Assembly: GCA_046760105.1 (NCBI GenBank)
Contig: JBHIDJ010000005.1
Location: 4,557-68,556, forward strand
Source: Acidiferrobacterales bacterium
GTDB taxonomy: Bacteria; Pseudomonadota; Gammaproteobacteria; Acidiferrobacterales; SPGG2
Direction: 5' to 3'
Length of the DNA stretch: 64,000 nucleotides
The first letter of the stretch is position 1, and each line of letters starts with the position of its first letter. A program made the translations under genes and the position numbers. Shown here in pieces: positions 10,948-21,016 of the stretch. The notes beneath the pieces are model-generated. The model searched no databases, was not told the origin of the DNA, and saw nothing but the letters and a program-made list of their open reading frames with translations.

Positions 10948-13845
10948 ATGATCGGAGTACCACCCCCCACACCTGAAAACGTAGAACACCAATCCTATCT
11001 CTTTAGTGAGAACGCCTACTATATCGAAGAGCTGTATGCACGTTACCTGCAAGACGCCAACGCCGTCAGCGAGCCGTGGCGCACGTGTTTTGATGCGATT
11101 CAAGACGGTCGCCCGGACGCGCGCGCGCGCGAGGCGGCGGCAGCGGCGGCGACACGTCGACCCGAGACGAGTTGGCCCGCACCCGACAAGGCTCCTTCCA
11201 TTTCACTCAGCACCGATGCACTTAAGCAGGCGGCGGTCCTGCGTTTGATCAACGTCTACCGGGTGCGGGGACACCAACAGGCCGCTATCGACCCGCTACG
11301 GCTTCGACCACGCCCCATTGTGCCGGACCTCGATCCGGCATATCACAACCTCGGTGAAGACGACATGGCTACCGTCTTCTATACGGACGCCCGCACCGTA
11401 GGCCTGCGCTACCAGCAGAGCGGCTCACTCGCGCTGGCTGCCTCTGATCGGTTGCCCTTGAGGAAGATCATCGAGCATGCTCGGCAGATCTATTGCGGGT
11501 CCGTTGGCAGCGAATACATGTACATGACGGACAGCGAACAGAAACGTTGGATTCAGGATCGCCTCGAGCGCACCCTCGGCAAGCCCAAGTATGCACCCGA
11601 GGCCCGCCGGCGGACCCTCGAGCGCGTCACTGCCGCCGAGGGGCTGGAGAAATATCTGCATACCAAGTACGTCGGGCAGAAGCGATTTTCGCTAGAGGGC
11701 GCGGAAAGCCTGATCGCGTTGCTGGACGAACTCGTCCAACGAGCCGGCACACAAAAAGTCAAGGAGATCGTGCTTGGCATGGCCCATCGCGGACGGCTTA
11801 ATGTGCTCGTCAATATTCTAGGCAAGTCGCCGAAGGAGCTGTTCCTCGAATTTGAGGGTAAGTACGCGCTTAACGAGCAGAACGCTTCGGGCGATGTCAA
11901 GTACCATCAGGGGTTCTCGTCGGACATCGACACGCCAGGCGGACCCGTACACCTAGCGCTGGCGTTTAATCCCTCGCACCTGGAAATCGTTGACCCGATG
12001 GTCGAGGGCTCGGTGAGAGCGCGCCAGCGACGCCGCGACGACCGCGTCGGTAACGAAGTCCTGGCGGTGCTGGTTCACGGGGATGCGGCGTTCGCGGGGC
12101 AAGGTGTCGTGATGGAAACGTTCAACATGTCCCAGGCACGAGGCTTCGCCACCGGTGGGACGGTGCACATCGTCATCAATAACCAAATCGGCTTCACCAC
12201 GAGCAATCCCCTCGATTCTCGCTCAACCCTGTACTGCACAGAGGTGGCAAAGATGGTGCAGGCACCCATCTTTCACGTAAATGGCGATGATCCGGAGGCG
12301 GTCGTCTTCGTCACGCAGCTGGCACTCGACTTCCGCACCGCGTTCAAGAAGGACGTCGTCATCGACATGGTCTGCTACCGTCGCCATGGGCACAACGAAG
12401 CCGATGAGCCGGCTGCCACCCAACCCATGATGTACAAGAAGATCAAGGCCCACCCAATGGTGCGCAAGATCTACGCGGAGCGGCTCGTGCAAGAAGGCGT
12501 GGTTTCCCAAGAGCAGGCAGCGAAGATGGTGAGTGGTTACCGCGACGCGCTAGACGAGGGGCAGGTCGTCGCGCGTCAGATCTTGACGGGTATTCATAAT
12601 AAGTATCACGTCGACTGGACGCCTTACAAAGACGTGCCTTGGACCCACCCTGTCGATACCGCCGTGCCAATCGACGGGCTGCGCGAGATTGCCGAGCAAT
12701 TGAATCGGGTGTCCGAGGGTTTCGAATTGCACCCGCGCGTCGCCAGGATCTTGCACGATCGTCGTAAGATGGCTGCCGGTGGGCATCCTATCGACTGGGG
12801 TTTCGCCGAGACTCTGGCGTACGGCACCTTGATACGCGACGGCTATTCGGTCCGGCTATGCGGCCAGGACTCAGGGCGCGGTACCTTCTTTCATCGCCAC
12901 TCCGTACTCCACAACCAGAAAGATGGAGACACCGACACTCCATTGCGTCGCCTGGGAAATGGTAAAGCCAACTTTGTGGTGATCGACTCACTACTGTCCG
13001 AGGAGGCGGTCCTCGGTTTTGAATACGGCTACGCCACCGCGGAACCCAGCACGCTGGTGATCTGGGAAGCCCAATTTGGCGATTTCGTCAACGGCGCCCA
13101 GGTCGTTATCGATCAGTTCATCAGCAGCGGCGACGCCAAATGGGGACGCTGCTGCGGGTTGACTCTATTTCTACCCCATGGCTACGAGGGTCAGGGACCT
13201 GAACACTCATCGGCCAGGCTCGAGCGCTTTATGCAATTGTGCGCCGAACACAATATTCAGGTATGCATGCCGACAACACCGGCGCAGATGTTTCACATGC
13301 TGCGACGGCAGATGCTGCGCCCTTTCCGCCGACCGCTGATCGTAATGACCCCGAAGAGCCTGCTGCGCCACAAACTGTCAACATCCACGTTGGAGGATCT
13401 ATCAGGCGGCGAGTTTCAGACCGTGATCGGCGAAATCGATCCGTCGACAGCGAAAGCGGTGCAACGCGTTATCCTCTGTGGTGGCAAGGTGTACTACGAT
13501 CTCGTGGAAGAGCGGCGGTCGCGTGAGCTCGAGAAAGTTGCGATCATTCGCATTGAGCAGCTGCATCCGTTTCCACGCGAACAGCTGTCCGCCGAGCTCA
13601 AGCGCTACCGACAGGCCAAGGAGATCGTCTGGTGCCAGGAGGAATCACAGAATCAAGGAGCCTGGTATCAGATTCAGCACCACGTGCGTGCCTGCATGCT
13701 CTCTGGACAAAACCTACACTATGCAGGTCGGGCCGCTTCGGCCTCCCCGGCCGTGGGTCACTTCCCGTTGCACGTCGAGCAGCAGACGGCGCTCGTCAAT
13801 GACGCGCTGACGATCACTGCAGTTAAACTCAAGCGACAAGCATAA
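10948..13845 (+). CDS. sucA: 2-oxoglutarate dehydrogenase E1 component
   Basis: 965 aa, colinear with SucA (N-terminal YIEELY..., TPP-binding and transketolase-like regions). Followed by sucB. Confidence 0.96.
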   Translation: MIGVPPPTPENVEHQSYLFSENAYYIEELYARYLQDANAVSEPWRTCFDAIQDGRPDARAREAAAAAATRRPETSWPAPDKAPSISLSTDALKQAAVLRLINVYRVRGHQQAAIDPLRLRPRPIVPDLDPAYHNLGEDDMATVFYTDARTVGLRYQQSGSLALAASDRLPLRKIIEHARQIYCGSVGSEYMYMTDSEQKRWIQDRLERTLGKPKYAPEARRRTLERVTAAEGLEKYLHTKYVGQKRFSLEGAESLIALLDELVQRAGTQKVKEIVLGMAHRGRLNVLVNILGKSPKELFLEFEGKYALNEQNASGDVKYHQGFSSDIDTPGGPVHLALAFNPSHLEIVDPMVEGSVRARQRRRDDRVGNEVLAVLVHGDAAFAGQGVVMETFNMSQARGFATGGTVHIVINNQIGFTTSNPLDSRSTLYCTEVAKMVQAPIFHVNGDDPEAVVFVTQLALDFRTAFKKDVVIDMVCYRRHGHNEADEPAATQPMMYKKIKAHPMVRKIYAERLVQEGVVSQEQAAKMVSGYRDALDEGQVVARQILTGIHNKYHVDWTPYKDVPWTHPVDTAVPIDGLREIAEQLNRVSEGFELHPRVARILHDRRKMAAGGHPIDWGFAETLAYGTLIRDGYSVRLCGQDSGRGTFFHRHSVLHNQKDGDTDTPLRRLGNGKANFVVIDSLLSEEAVLGFEYGYATAEPSTLVIWEAQFGDFVNGAQVVIDQFISSGDAKWGRCCGLTLFLPHGYEGQGPEHSSARLERFMQLCAEHNIQVCMPTTPAQMFHMLRRQMLRPFRRPLIVMTPKSLLRHKLSTSTLEDLSGGEFQTVIGEIDPSTAKAVQRVILCGGKVYYDLVEERRSRELEKVAIIRIEQLHPFPREQLSAELKRYRQAKEIVWCQEESQNQGAWYQIQHHVRACMLSGQNLHYAGRAASASPAVGHFPLHVEQQTALVNDALTITAVKLKRQA

Positions 13846-13899
13846 ACAAGCACAACAGACAAATATAATCAGCAAGCCGAAAGGAATAACAAAGGTTAG

Positions 13900-15183
13900 A
13901 TGCGTATTGAAGTAAAATCTCCCACTCTGCCGGAATCCATCGCCGAGGCCACGCTGCTCAGTTGGCATAAGAGCACCGGTGATAGCGTGACGCGCGATGA
14001 GAACCTCGTCGATATCGAGACCGAAAAGGTCGTGCTGGAGGTACCGGCACCGCAAGACGGTATTCTGCAAGAAGTCCTGAAGCGCGACGGCGACGTGGTG
14101 GGCAGCGATGAACCCATCGCGGTCATCGAGACGGGCGCTGGTGCGGCCGCATCGACAGGCGAGCAACGCGAAGCCAAGCAGACAGCTCCCGAACCGGCAA
14201 CGCAAACCGAAGACCAAGACAAACCGGTGACCGAACCTGCAGCCGCAACAGCACAAGCTGCCTTGAGTCCGGCGGTGCGCCGCTTGCTGGCCGAGCATGA
14301 TTTGGAACCCACCGAGGTCCCTGCCACGGGCAAGGGTGGCCGCCTCACCAAGGAAGATGTGCTCACCTACCTGAAGAGCGGCGAGATGCCGAGACCCGCC
14401 CCTGAGCCGGCGAAGCTGCAAGCACCGGCCACAGAACCCGCGGCGGCACCCGAGTCGGCTGTCGCACGTCGGGACACCGATGAACGGTGCGAACGGCGAG
14501 TGCCGATGACGCGGCTACGGGCCACCATCGCCGAACGGCTGCTGCACGCGCAACAGACGGCTGCGCTGCTGACCACCTTCAACGAGGTCAATATGCAGGC
14601 GGTGATGGCGCTACGCCAAAAGTATCGTGAGCGCTTCGAGAAAGAGCACCGAGTCAGACTCGGCTTCATGTCGTTCTTCGTGAAGGCCTGCGTGCAGTCG
14701 CTCAAACAGTTTCCCGTAATTAACGCTTCGGTCGACGGCAAGGACATCATTTATCACGACTATTACGATATCGGTATCGCCGTCGCTGGATCGCGTGGAT
14801 TGGTAGTGCCAGTCTTGCGCGATACCGATCGTATAAGTTTTGCCGATATCGAAACGCGTATTACCGAGTTCGGCAAAAAGGCAGCCGACGGCAACCTGGC
14901 GATGGAAGACCTCACGGGTGGCACGTTTACGATTACCAATGGCGGCGTGTTCGGTTCGCTGGTCTCGACACCGCTCGTTAATCCTCCGCAGAGCGCCATT
15001 CTCGGGATGCACAAAATACAGCAGCGGCCGATCGCCGAGGATAACGAGGTCCGTATCCAACCTATGATGTACCTCGCACTCACCTACGACCACCGCATTA
15101 TTGACGGACGCGAAGCGGTGCAGTTCCTCGTCAGCATTAAGGACGCGTTGGAGGACCCCGCGCGTTTGTTACTCCAAATATAA
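13900..15183 (+). CDS. sucB: dihydrolipoyllysine-residue succinyltransferase (E2)
   Basis: Lipoyl domain ([15 protein letters not shown]), Ala/Pro-rich linkers, an E3-binding segment ([11 protein letters not shown]) and a catalytic domain with DHRIIDG. Confidence 0.95.
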   Translation: MRIEVKSPTLPESIAEATLLSWHKSTGDSVTRDENLVDIETEKVVLEVPAPQDGILQEVLKRDGDVVGSDEPIAVIETGAGAAASTGEQREAKQTAPEPATQTEDQDKPVTEPAAATAQAALSPAVRRLLAEHDLEPTEVPATGKGGRLTKEDVLTYLKSGEMPRPAPEPAKLQAPATEPAAAPESAVARRDTDERCERRVPMTRLRATIAERLLHAQQTAALLTTFNEVNMQAVMALRQKYRERFEKEHRVRLGFMSFFVKACVQSLKQFPVINASVDGKDIIYHDYYDIGIAVAGSRGLVVPVLRDTDRISFADIETRITEFGKKAADGNLAMEDLTGGTFTITNGGVFGSLVSTPLVNPPQSAILGMHKIQQRPIAEDNEVRIQPMMYLALTYDHRIIDGREAVQFLVSIKDALEDPARLLLQI

Positions 15184-15211
15184 CCAGGTTCCACGATTAA
15201 GCCCGTCTTTC

Positions 15212-15306
15212 AACGCAAAGGACGCAGAGATCGCGGAGCGTGTTTCTTAAGATCGCAGGGGATACACTCTTTGCGTACTCCGCGTCTCCGCGTTCTCTGC
15301 GTTTGA
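15212..15306. repeat. long imperfect inverted repeat between sucB and lpdA
   Basis: Arm aacgcaaaggacgcagagatcgcggag (15212-15238) pairs with ctccgcgtctccgcgttctctgcgtttg (15279-15306). About 23 of 27 positions pair, with one indel and a loop of about 40 nt. Confidence 0.6.
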
Positions 15307-15408
15307 CTTCGAGTTTCCAAACGAGTATTGGCTCAGAGCAGCAACGTAATAAGTCAATAAATAAGAGTCACTAAGAACCGCTGTCAAGCTCCACTAACAG
15401 GGGGGACT

Positions 15409-16839
15409 ATGGCCAAAAGCTACGATGTCGTGGTAATCGGTGCTGGACCTGCCGGGTACGTGGCGGCCATCCGTTGTGCGCAGCTTGGGCTTCGTACGGC
15501 ATGCGTCGACGAATGGATCAATAAGAAGGGTAAACCCGCACTCGGCGGTACTTGCCTGAATGTGGGATGCATTCCCTCTAAAGATCTCCTGCAGGCATCG
15601 GAAAACTACCACCGTCTACAACACCAGTTCCAGGCCTACGGGATCCGCGTGCAAAAAGCCAGCATTGACGTGCCCACCATGATTGCGCATAAAGACGGCA
15701 TCGTCCAAGGCCTTACCGATGGTGTAGCCACGTTGTTTCGGGCAAATAAGATTGCACATGTGCACGGCCATGGACGCCTGTTGAACGGCACGCGTGTAGA
15801 AATTACCGACCCTAAATCAGACAAACGCAAGGGAATCGTTGAGACGTCACATGTGATCCTCGCGAGTGGCTCCGAACCCCTCACGATCGGCGAGGCACCG
15901 ATGGATGGGAAGCGCATTGTGGATTCCGCAGGAGCACTAGAGTTCTTAGAGGTGCCCAAGCGGCTCGGCATCATCGGTGCAGGTGTAATCGGGCTTGAGG
16001 TCGGCAGTGTGTGGCGTCGTCTCGGGGCGGAGGTGGTGCTACTCGAGGCGCTCGATACCTTCTTGCCCGCAGTCGACCAACAGCTGGCTAAAGAAGCACT
16101 GAGACAATTCACCCGCCAGGGCCTCGACATTCGCCTTGGTGCACGTGTCGTCTCCAGCCGTGCCATCCAAAAGCAGGTTACGGTGCACTACCAAAACCGA
16201 GAGGGGGAACATGATCTACGGGTAGATCGGCTGGTCGTGGCAGTCGGCCGCCGCCCGAAAACCGAAGACCTGTTCAGCCCCGAATCTGGTCTGGCGTTGG
16301 ATGAGAGAGGATTCATCGACATCAACGAACAATGCCGCACGAACTTGCCCAATGTGTATGCCATCGGTGACGTGGTGCGTGGCCCCATGCTTGCGCACAA
16401 GGGCTCAGAAGAAGGTATCGCAGTGGCGGAGATGATCGCAGGCGGCAACACGCATGTGAACTATGACACGATTCCTTGGGTGATTTACACCTCGCCGGAG
16501 ATCGCGTGGGTGGGACAGACCGAACAGACGCTAAAAGAAGCCGGCGAGCCCTACAGAGCGGGCGTGTTCCCGTTCGCTGCCAATGGGCGTGCGCGGGCAC
16601 TGGAGGAACCCGTCGGTATGGTCAAGCTTATCGCCCATGAACAGACCGACCGCATATTGGGGGTACACGTCATCGGTCCGTTGGCGTCGGAGCTGATTGC
16701 GGAAGCGGTTCTGGCCATGGAATATTCCGCCAGCGCGGAGGACCTTGCGCGCACCGTACATGCCCATCCAACGTTGTCGGAGGCAGTACACGAAGCGGCC
16801 CTGGCAGTTGACAAAAGGGCGCTGCACAGGGCGCACTAA
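15409..16839 (+). CDS. lpdA: dihydrolipoyl dehydrogenase (E3)
   Basis: 476 aa with FAD-binding GAGPAGY, the redox-active GGTCLNVGCIPSK and the C-terminal HAHPTLSE motif. Confidence 0.95.
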   Translation: MAKSYDVVVIGAGPAGYVAAIRCAQLGLRTACVDEWINKKGKPALGGTCLNVGCIPSKDLLQASENYHRLQHQFQAYGIRVQKASIDVPTMIAHKDGIVQGLTDGVATLFRANKIAHVHGHGRLLNGTRVEITDPKSDKRKGIVETSHVILASGSEPLTIGEAPMDGKRIVDSAGALEFLEVPKRLGIIGAGVIGLEVGSVWRRLGAEVVLLEALDTFLPAVDQQLAKEALRQFTRQGLDIRLGARVVSSRAIQKQVTVHYQNREGEHDLRVDRLVVAVGRRPKTEDLFSPESGLALDERGFIDINEQCRTNLPNVYAIGDVVRGPMLAHKGSEEGIAVAEMIAGGNTHVNYDTIPWVIYTSPEIAWVGQTEQTLKEAGEPYRAGVFPFAANGRARALEEPVGMVKLIAHEQTDRILGVHVIGPLASELIAEAVLAMEYSASAEDLARTVHAHPTLSEAVHEAALAVDKRALHRAH

Positions 16840-17069
16840 TTAAGGCTCAGCGCCATCCCCGACAACCTTGTCTATACTCCTTTAATGTGCCCCCCGCCCC
16901 GCGTCTGGCGGGGTGCGCGCGCTTAGCGCCCGTGAGGCCACCGGTTCTTGACAATGAGCGTCTCGGCCCTGCCCTGGAACGGCGTAGGGGATCGTCAAAG
17001 CCCCTCATGTGCAGCCGAAAGCCGAGGCGAATGAAGCTCGAGCGAACCCAGGCGCGGAGGCTGACTCAT

Positions 17070-17085
17070 TGGCACAGTACTTGCT
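17070..17085 (+). promoter_or_regulatory. sigma-54 (-24/-12) promoter
   Basis: TGGCAC-AGTAC-TTGCT matches the TGGCAC-N5-TTGCW consensus with correct GG/GC spacing. It lies about 65 nt upstream of the TTG start at 17151. Confidence 0.65.
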
Positions 17086-17150
17086 GGTTCAAGCAATATG
17101 CACGTCTACCAATAAGTAACTCGTCAAGAAGTCTCAAAGCGAGCAGTAAC

Positions 17151-18983
17151 TTGAGCATTTTTTCGAAAGACTGTCCCCAGTGTGGAGAAACCAACGCCGC
17201 GTACGCGGTGAGCTGTCGCTGCGGCTTCGCGTTCAACAGTGCCGACGAGGACAGTGAAGGCGAGGCCGATGCGAAACTCAGTCTGCAAGAAGAAAAGCTC
17301 TATCAGGAATATCTGGCCGCGCGCGCACAACAGGCCGCGACAGCGGCCTACGACGCGGCCAGACTGGCCGCCGCCCAGCCGGGTAACAACCTAAAGGTCA
17401 AAGAGGCGGAACAGGCGAACGCGACGGCTGAAGGGGCAAAGGCGGAACTCGCGGCCCACCAGGCCAAGTTGGGCGTAATTGGTAGCGGCCTGGGGGCCCC
17501 CATGGCGGCACAGGCCAGCGAGGCCGCACAAGCGGGCGACGACAAGCAAACGCCAACTCAAACCACCAAGGTCGATCACGCGCCCGTCAACAGCAAGCAC
17601 ACCACGGTTCCTACACCTACCGCCCCCGCCACGCCCACCCCACCAACGACGCGCACGGCCGCGGGGCGCGAAAGCGCCACAGCGCAGTCCGACAAACTCG
17701 CTGCCGCTTTGTCGTCCACGCCAATACAAAACAATGGCCCGTCCATAAAGCCCACAACGCCGGCGGCGAGCGTGCAACGCGCTGCGAAACCCGTTGGCGC
17801 GGCCCTAGCGTCCATAGCAAAGGCGGCTGATCCCGATAAGCCGAAGCCTGCGACTGCGTCGGCGCGCGCGCAAGCAACCGACAGTAGCGCAACCCCCACT
17901 GCCCCAAAGTTGAGCGCGCCGCCCTCTAAAGTCGAGGCCGGTGGGTCGCCAACGTCAGGAGCTCAAGCCGCCGATAACGACGCGAGTTCGGAACCCACGG
18001 ATACTGCCGACAGGTCGCTTGGCAGCCAAGAACTGGGCGCGGACGTGAAGGCGGCTGCTGCCCGCGCCAAAAAGCTTGAAGAAATGTTAAGGGCGGCGCA
18101 GGCCAAGCGAACGGCCAAATCACGGGCGGCCGCCGCTAAGGGTGCTGAGCAGCAGGCCGCGGCGACGCAGGTGACAGCGACCGCGCGAACCGCGACCGCT
18201 GCCGAGAGAACAACAAACCCAGTCGCTACGGCAACCAATTCCACATCACCGACACTCCCGGCGATACCGAAGGAACCTCGGCCTGAACAAGCGATTGCCG
18301 AGAATCCCAAGCAAGCGGTAAAAGACGTGGACGCCAACCAAGGCGGGCCCGCAACGGAACTGATGGACTTCTTCCCACCGCCGGAACCCGTAGACACCAT
18401 AGAGGCCACCGCTGAGGCTGAGTCTACCAACGATGACACGGCGCTGCCGCCGGACACCGCGTCCCCGTCGGTCGATGAGGCGATGCCAGTCGAACGCGCC
18501 GACCACTCAGTGACCGCCGACGACGCCACTAACGCGTCCGCGGCGGCGGCATCGACATCACCGGCCGCTAGCACAACAACCGATACGCACGAGGAGCTTA
18601 TGGCGGCATTGCGAGCGCTCGAGTCGTGTGGGCCGGGAGCCTCGATAAACGAGGCCGCGGAGGCGGACGCGAGCACCGATGCGCCTAAAGGCGCTAATGA
18701 GACGCGGCAGGAATCGACGGCCGCGCTCGACACACTGGCCGCAGCCTTGGATCAAGAAAAACCAGCGACCTCTCCGGCGGCGACATCGGATACATCGGAC
18801 AAGCAGAATATGAAGGATTGTCCAAACTGTACCGCATGGATACCGCGGGATGCACAGCAATGCGGCTGCGGATTTGCCTTCCCGGCGGCCGAAGAGAAAA
18901 TGCCCTCGCTATCTTTGAGCGATTCAGACGTTGCCGCCCTTGGCAACAGTACCCAATCGTCGGGTATTACCCGCCTAAACTAA
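17151..18983 (+). CDS. zinc-ribbon / coiled-coil / low-complexity / zinc-ribbon protein (paralog 1)
   Basis: Start trimmed from 16887 to the in-frame TTG at 17151, because the N-terminus then reads MSIFSKDCPQCGETNAAYAVSCRCGFAFN. That aligns with the first residues of the paralogs at 52524..53240 and 54916..55581. It has about 450 aa of Ala/Pro/Thr-rich sequence and a second CPNC..CGCGFAF ribbon near the C-terminus. Confidence 0.7.
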   Translation: MSIFSKDCPQCGETNAAYAVSCRCGFAFNSADEDSEGEADAKLSLQEEKLYQEYLAARAQQAATAAYDAARLAAAQPGNNLKVKEAEQANATAEGAKAELAAHQAKLGVIGSGLGAPMAAQASEAAQAGDDKQTPTQTTKVDHAPVNSKHTTVPTPTAPATPTPPTTRTAAGRESATAQSDKLAAALSSTPIQNNGPSIKPTTPAASVQRAAKPVGAALASIAKAADPDKPKPATASARAQATDSSATPTAPKLSAPPSKVEAGGSPTSGAQAADNDASSEPTDTADRSLGSQELGADVKAAAARAKKLEEMLRAAQAKRTAKSRAAAAKGAEQQAAATQVTATARTATAAERTTNPVATATNSTSPTLPAIPKEPRPEQAIAENPKQAVKDVDANQGGPATELMDFFPPPEPVDTIEATAEAESTNDDTALPPDTASPSVDEAMPVERADHSVTADDATNASAAAASTSPAASTTTDTHEELMAALRALESCGPGASINEAAEADASTDAPKGANETRQESTAALDTLAAALDQEKPATSPAATSDTSDKQNMKDCPNCTAWIPRDAQQCGCGFAFPAAEEKMPSLSLSDSDVAALGNSTQSSGITRLN

Positions 18984-19170
18984 CGAATGCCGCCGTGCCC
19001 GCGGCGACGAGTCACCTTTCGTTGATATAATTGTAGCTACTCCGTAACGGTGCCACCGCACCGCTGGTGCGGGTCATCACCGCGGTAGTCGCAACCTGCT
19101 GCGATCCAAGCTTTACAACGGCCCTGCTCTCCGGCACCTTACATTGTTCGTTTTCACGGAGGCCCCACAG

Positions 19171-20511
19171 ATGTCAATGAATAGTTATGAAGAAAAAAAA
19201 CAACACCTTATCCAACAACTGCGTACCCAAGAGAGTGGACCGATCCGGCTCAATAAGGCCACATCCAATCTGTTTCGCGACCGCAAGACACCCGATCATC
19301 ACAAACTCGACGTCAGCGACTTCAAACAGGTGCTTGCGGTAGACCCCGATGGTCTGTGGCTGGAGACCGAGGGTATGACCACGTATGAAGACCTCGTGAA
19401 CGCCACGTTACCCCACGGCGTGTTACCGACGGTCGTGCCGGAGCTGAAATCGATCACCATTGGTGGTGCCGTGACTGGCGTCGGTATAGAGTCATCGTCC
19501 TTCAAGTACGGGTTGGTGCATGAAACCATAATGGAAATGGAGGTACTACTGGCTGATGGTACTGTCATCGCCTGTACTCCTGACAATGAACACAAAGAAT
19601 TATTCTTCGCGTTCCCCAATTCCTACGGGACGCTCGGTTACGCGCTGAAATTGAAAGTCAGGGTTGTCCCCGCAAAACGATATGTGCAGCTTAATCACAT
19701 TCGTCATACAGACGCGCGCGCGTACTTCGAAGATTTGGAACGCACGTGCGACCAAGAGGTAGACTTTGTCGATGGTACTATCTTCAACCCTGATGAAATG
19801 TACATAACAACGGGCAAATTTGTCGAGCAGGTGCCCTATACCAGCGATTACACATATGAAAACATCTACTACCAATCCATTCGGCGACGTGAGGTCGACT
19901 ACTTAACGACATTGGACTATGCCTGGCGTTGGGACACTGACTGGTTCTGGTGTTCAAAGCATTTCTACGCACAAAACCTGTTGGTACGCGCATTCGTGGG
20001 GAAGTCCTACCTAAATTCGGTGACCTATACGAAGATTATGCGCTGGAACACCAAATGGCGGCTCACCCACCGGATGAACCGACTGGCCGGCATCCACCGC
20101 GAGTCAGTCATACAGGATGTGGATATCCCCATCGACAAGGCACCGGCATTCTTGGATTTTTTCCGTACGGAGATAGCCATCGCACCGATTTGGATATGTC
20201 CCCTACGCGTCCACGACAAATCCGTCCGTTTCGACCTCTACCCCATGAATCCTGACACGACCTATGTCAACTTCGGCTTTTGGGACGCGAAACGCGTGCG
20301 CAGAAAGCTTCCCGCCGGTTACTACAACAGGCGCATCGAGGACAAAGTAGCGGAACTGGGTGGTATCAAGTCGTTATACTCGGATTCATACTTTTCCGCC
20401 GATGAATTCCGCGAACGATACAACGGACCCGCCTATGAACGGCTCAAGGCCAAGTACGACCCAAACGCGCGCCTAAAACATGTCTATGATAAATGTGTTC
20501 TTAAACAATAA
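19171..20511 (+). CDS. FAD-binding oxidoreductase (PCMH-type, DHCR24/DIMINUTO-like)
   Basis: ITIGGAVTGVGIESSSFKYGLVHE..EVLLADG..ELFFAFPNSYGTLGY resembles the FAD-binding domain of delta24-sterol-reductase-like proteins. ATG at 19171 lies 8 nt after GGAGG. Confidence 0.75.
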   Translation: MSMNSYEEKKQHLIQQLRTQESGPIRLNKATSNLFRDRKTPDHHKLDVSDFKQVLAVDPDGLWLETEGMTTYEDLVNATLPHGVLPTVVPELKSITIGGAVTGVGIESSSFKYGLVHETIMEMEVLLADGTVIACTPDNEHKELFFAFPNSYGTLGYALKLKVRVVPAKRYVQLNHIRHTDARAYFEDLERTCDQEVDFVDGTIFNPDEMYITTGKFVEQVPYTSDYTYENIYYQSIRRREVDYLTTLDYAWRWDTDWFWCSKHFYAQNLLVRAFVGKSYLNSVTYTKIMRWNTKWRLTHRMNRLAGIHRESVIQDVDIPIDKAPAFLDFFRTEIAIAPIWICPLRVHDKSVRFDLYPMNPDTTYVNFGFWDAKRVRRKLPAGYYNRRIEDKVAELGGIKSLYSDSYFSADEFRERYNGPAYERLKAKYDPNARLKHVYDKCVLKQ

Positions 20512-20805
20512 GTTATTGCTGGATTTGAACACGCATCTGCGTGTGATCGAGTTGCTTTCGCGCCTTGACACTCGGCGCCATAAACCTCTCCCCGACATCC
20601 TCGTCGGACGCCCCAGCGGCAGCTCCCGGTTGCCCTAGTGCCGTCCCTGGCGCCAGCGCGCGCCCGCATGGGTGGCAACCGTCAGCGTAGACACACGACG
20701 GGTTTGCGCTGGGGGTGGTCAGAATCAGGCAAAAACAGCGGTTTTTTTGGCGAAATGGCCAAGATAAGGCCAACCGGCTAACGTACACGGGCGACAAACG
20801 GTGCT

Positions 20806-20821
20806 TGGCACGGCTTTTGTA
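20806..20821 (+). promoter_or_regulatory. weak sigma-54-like promoter candidate upstream of the dynamin-like gene
   Basis: TGGCAC-GGCTT-TTGTA has a correct -24 element and spacing, but the -12 GC is replaced by GT. About 195 nt upstream of the ATG at 21017. Confidence 0.3.
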
Positions 20822-21016
20822 TCTGATTACAGGTGTATGAAGGGCGCTTGATGGCACAGTTCGACGAATGGGCGGCAGTCAAGCGGTGAATTCGGTTCCG
20901 CGATCCAAAGCCGCGCCCACATCAAGTTTCCCCCGCTATCAGCAGATAACCACGGAAGCACTCGCGCGCGTGCGGCCGAAAAAGCCGGCGACCGGGAGTG
21001 CCGGTGTACGGTACCA

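Noticed and set aside
13714-14421. Long antisense ORFs inside well-supported genes. Examples: 13714..14421 and 13896..14366 opposite sucB, 17963..18733 opposite the zinc-ribbon protein, 56058..56840 opposite ilvD, 37013..37591 and 38762..39538 opposite dpp genes, 7363..7941 opposite purB.
   Set aside because: Each lies fully within a gene whose product has unmistakable family motifs on the other strand. Their translations are Arg/Ala/Pro-rich with no motifs, as expected for chance ORFs in GC-rich DNA.
16887-17150. 5' extensions of ORF-track calls: 16887 (zinc-ribbon 1), 55692 (zinc-ribbon 3), 38074 (dppC), 40675 (dppA), 44753 (DUF3179), 50370 (MBL hydrolase), 52415 (cyclase), 29246/29146 (M1 peptidase / ChaN-PDZ), 5333 (cspD), 41803 (cytochrome c4).
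   Set aside because: Internal starts give proper RBS spacing, signal peptides or alignment with paralogs/orthologs. The extensions are non-protein-like and would overlap neighbouring genes or a promoter.
20513-20857. 114-aa minus-strand ORF in the gap between the FAD oxidoreductase and dynamin genes.
   Set aside because: No RBS, a compositionally odd translation (Cys/Pro/Arg-rich) and no motifs. The region is better explained as a non-coding control region.
20840-20878. 12-codon mini-ORF (MAQFDEWAAVKR) downstream of the sigma-54-like element, and a 15-codon ORF (MKRLKRQQSKLQAPA) at 49359..49406.
   Set aside because: Too short to evaluate, with only weak SD-like sequences. No supporting structure such as a terminator or attenuator pairing was found.
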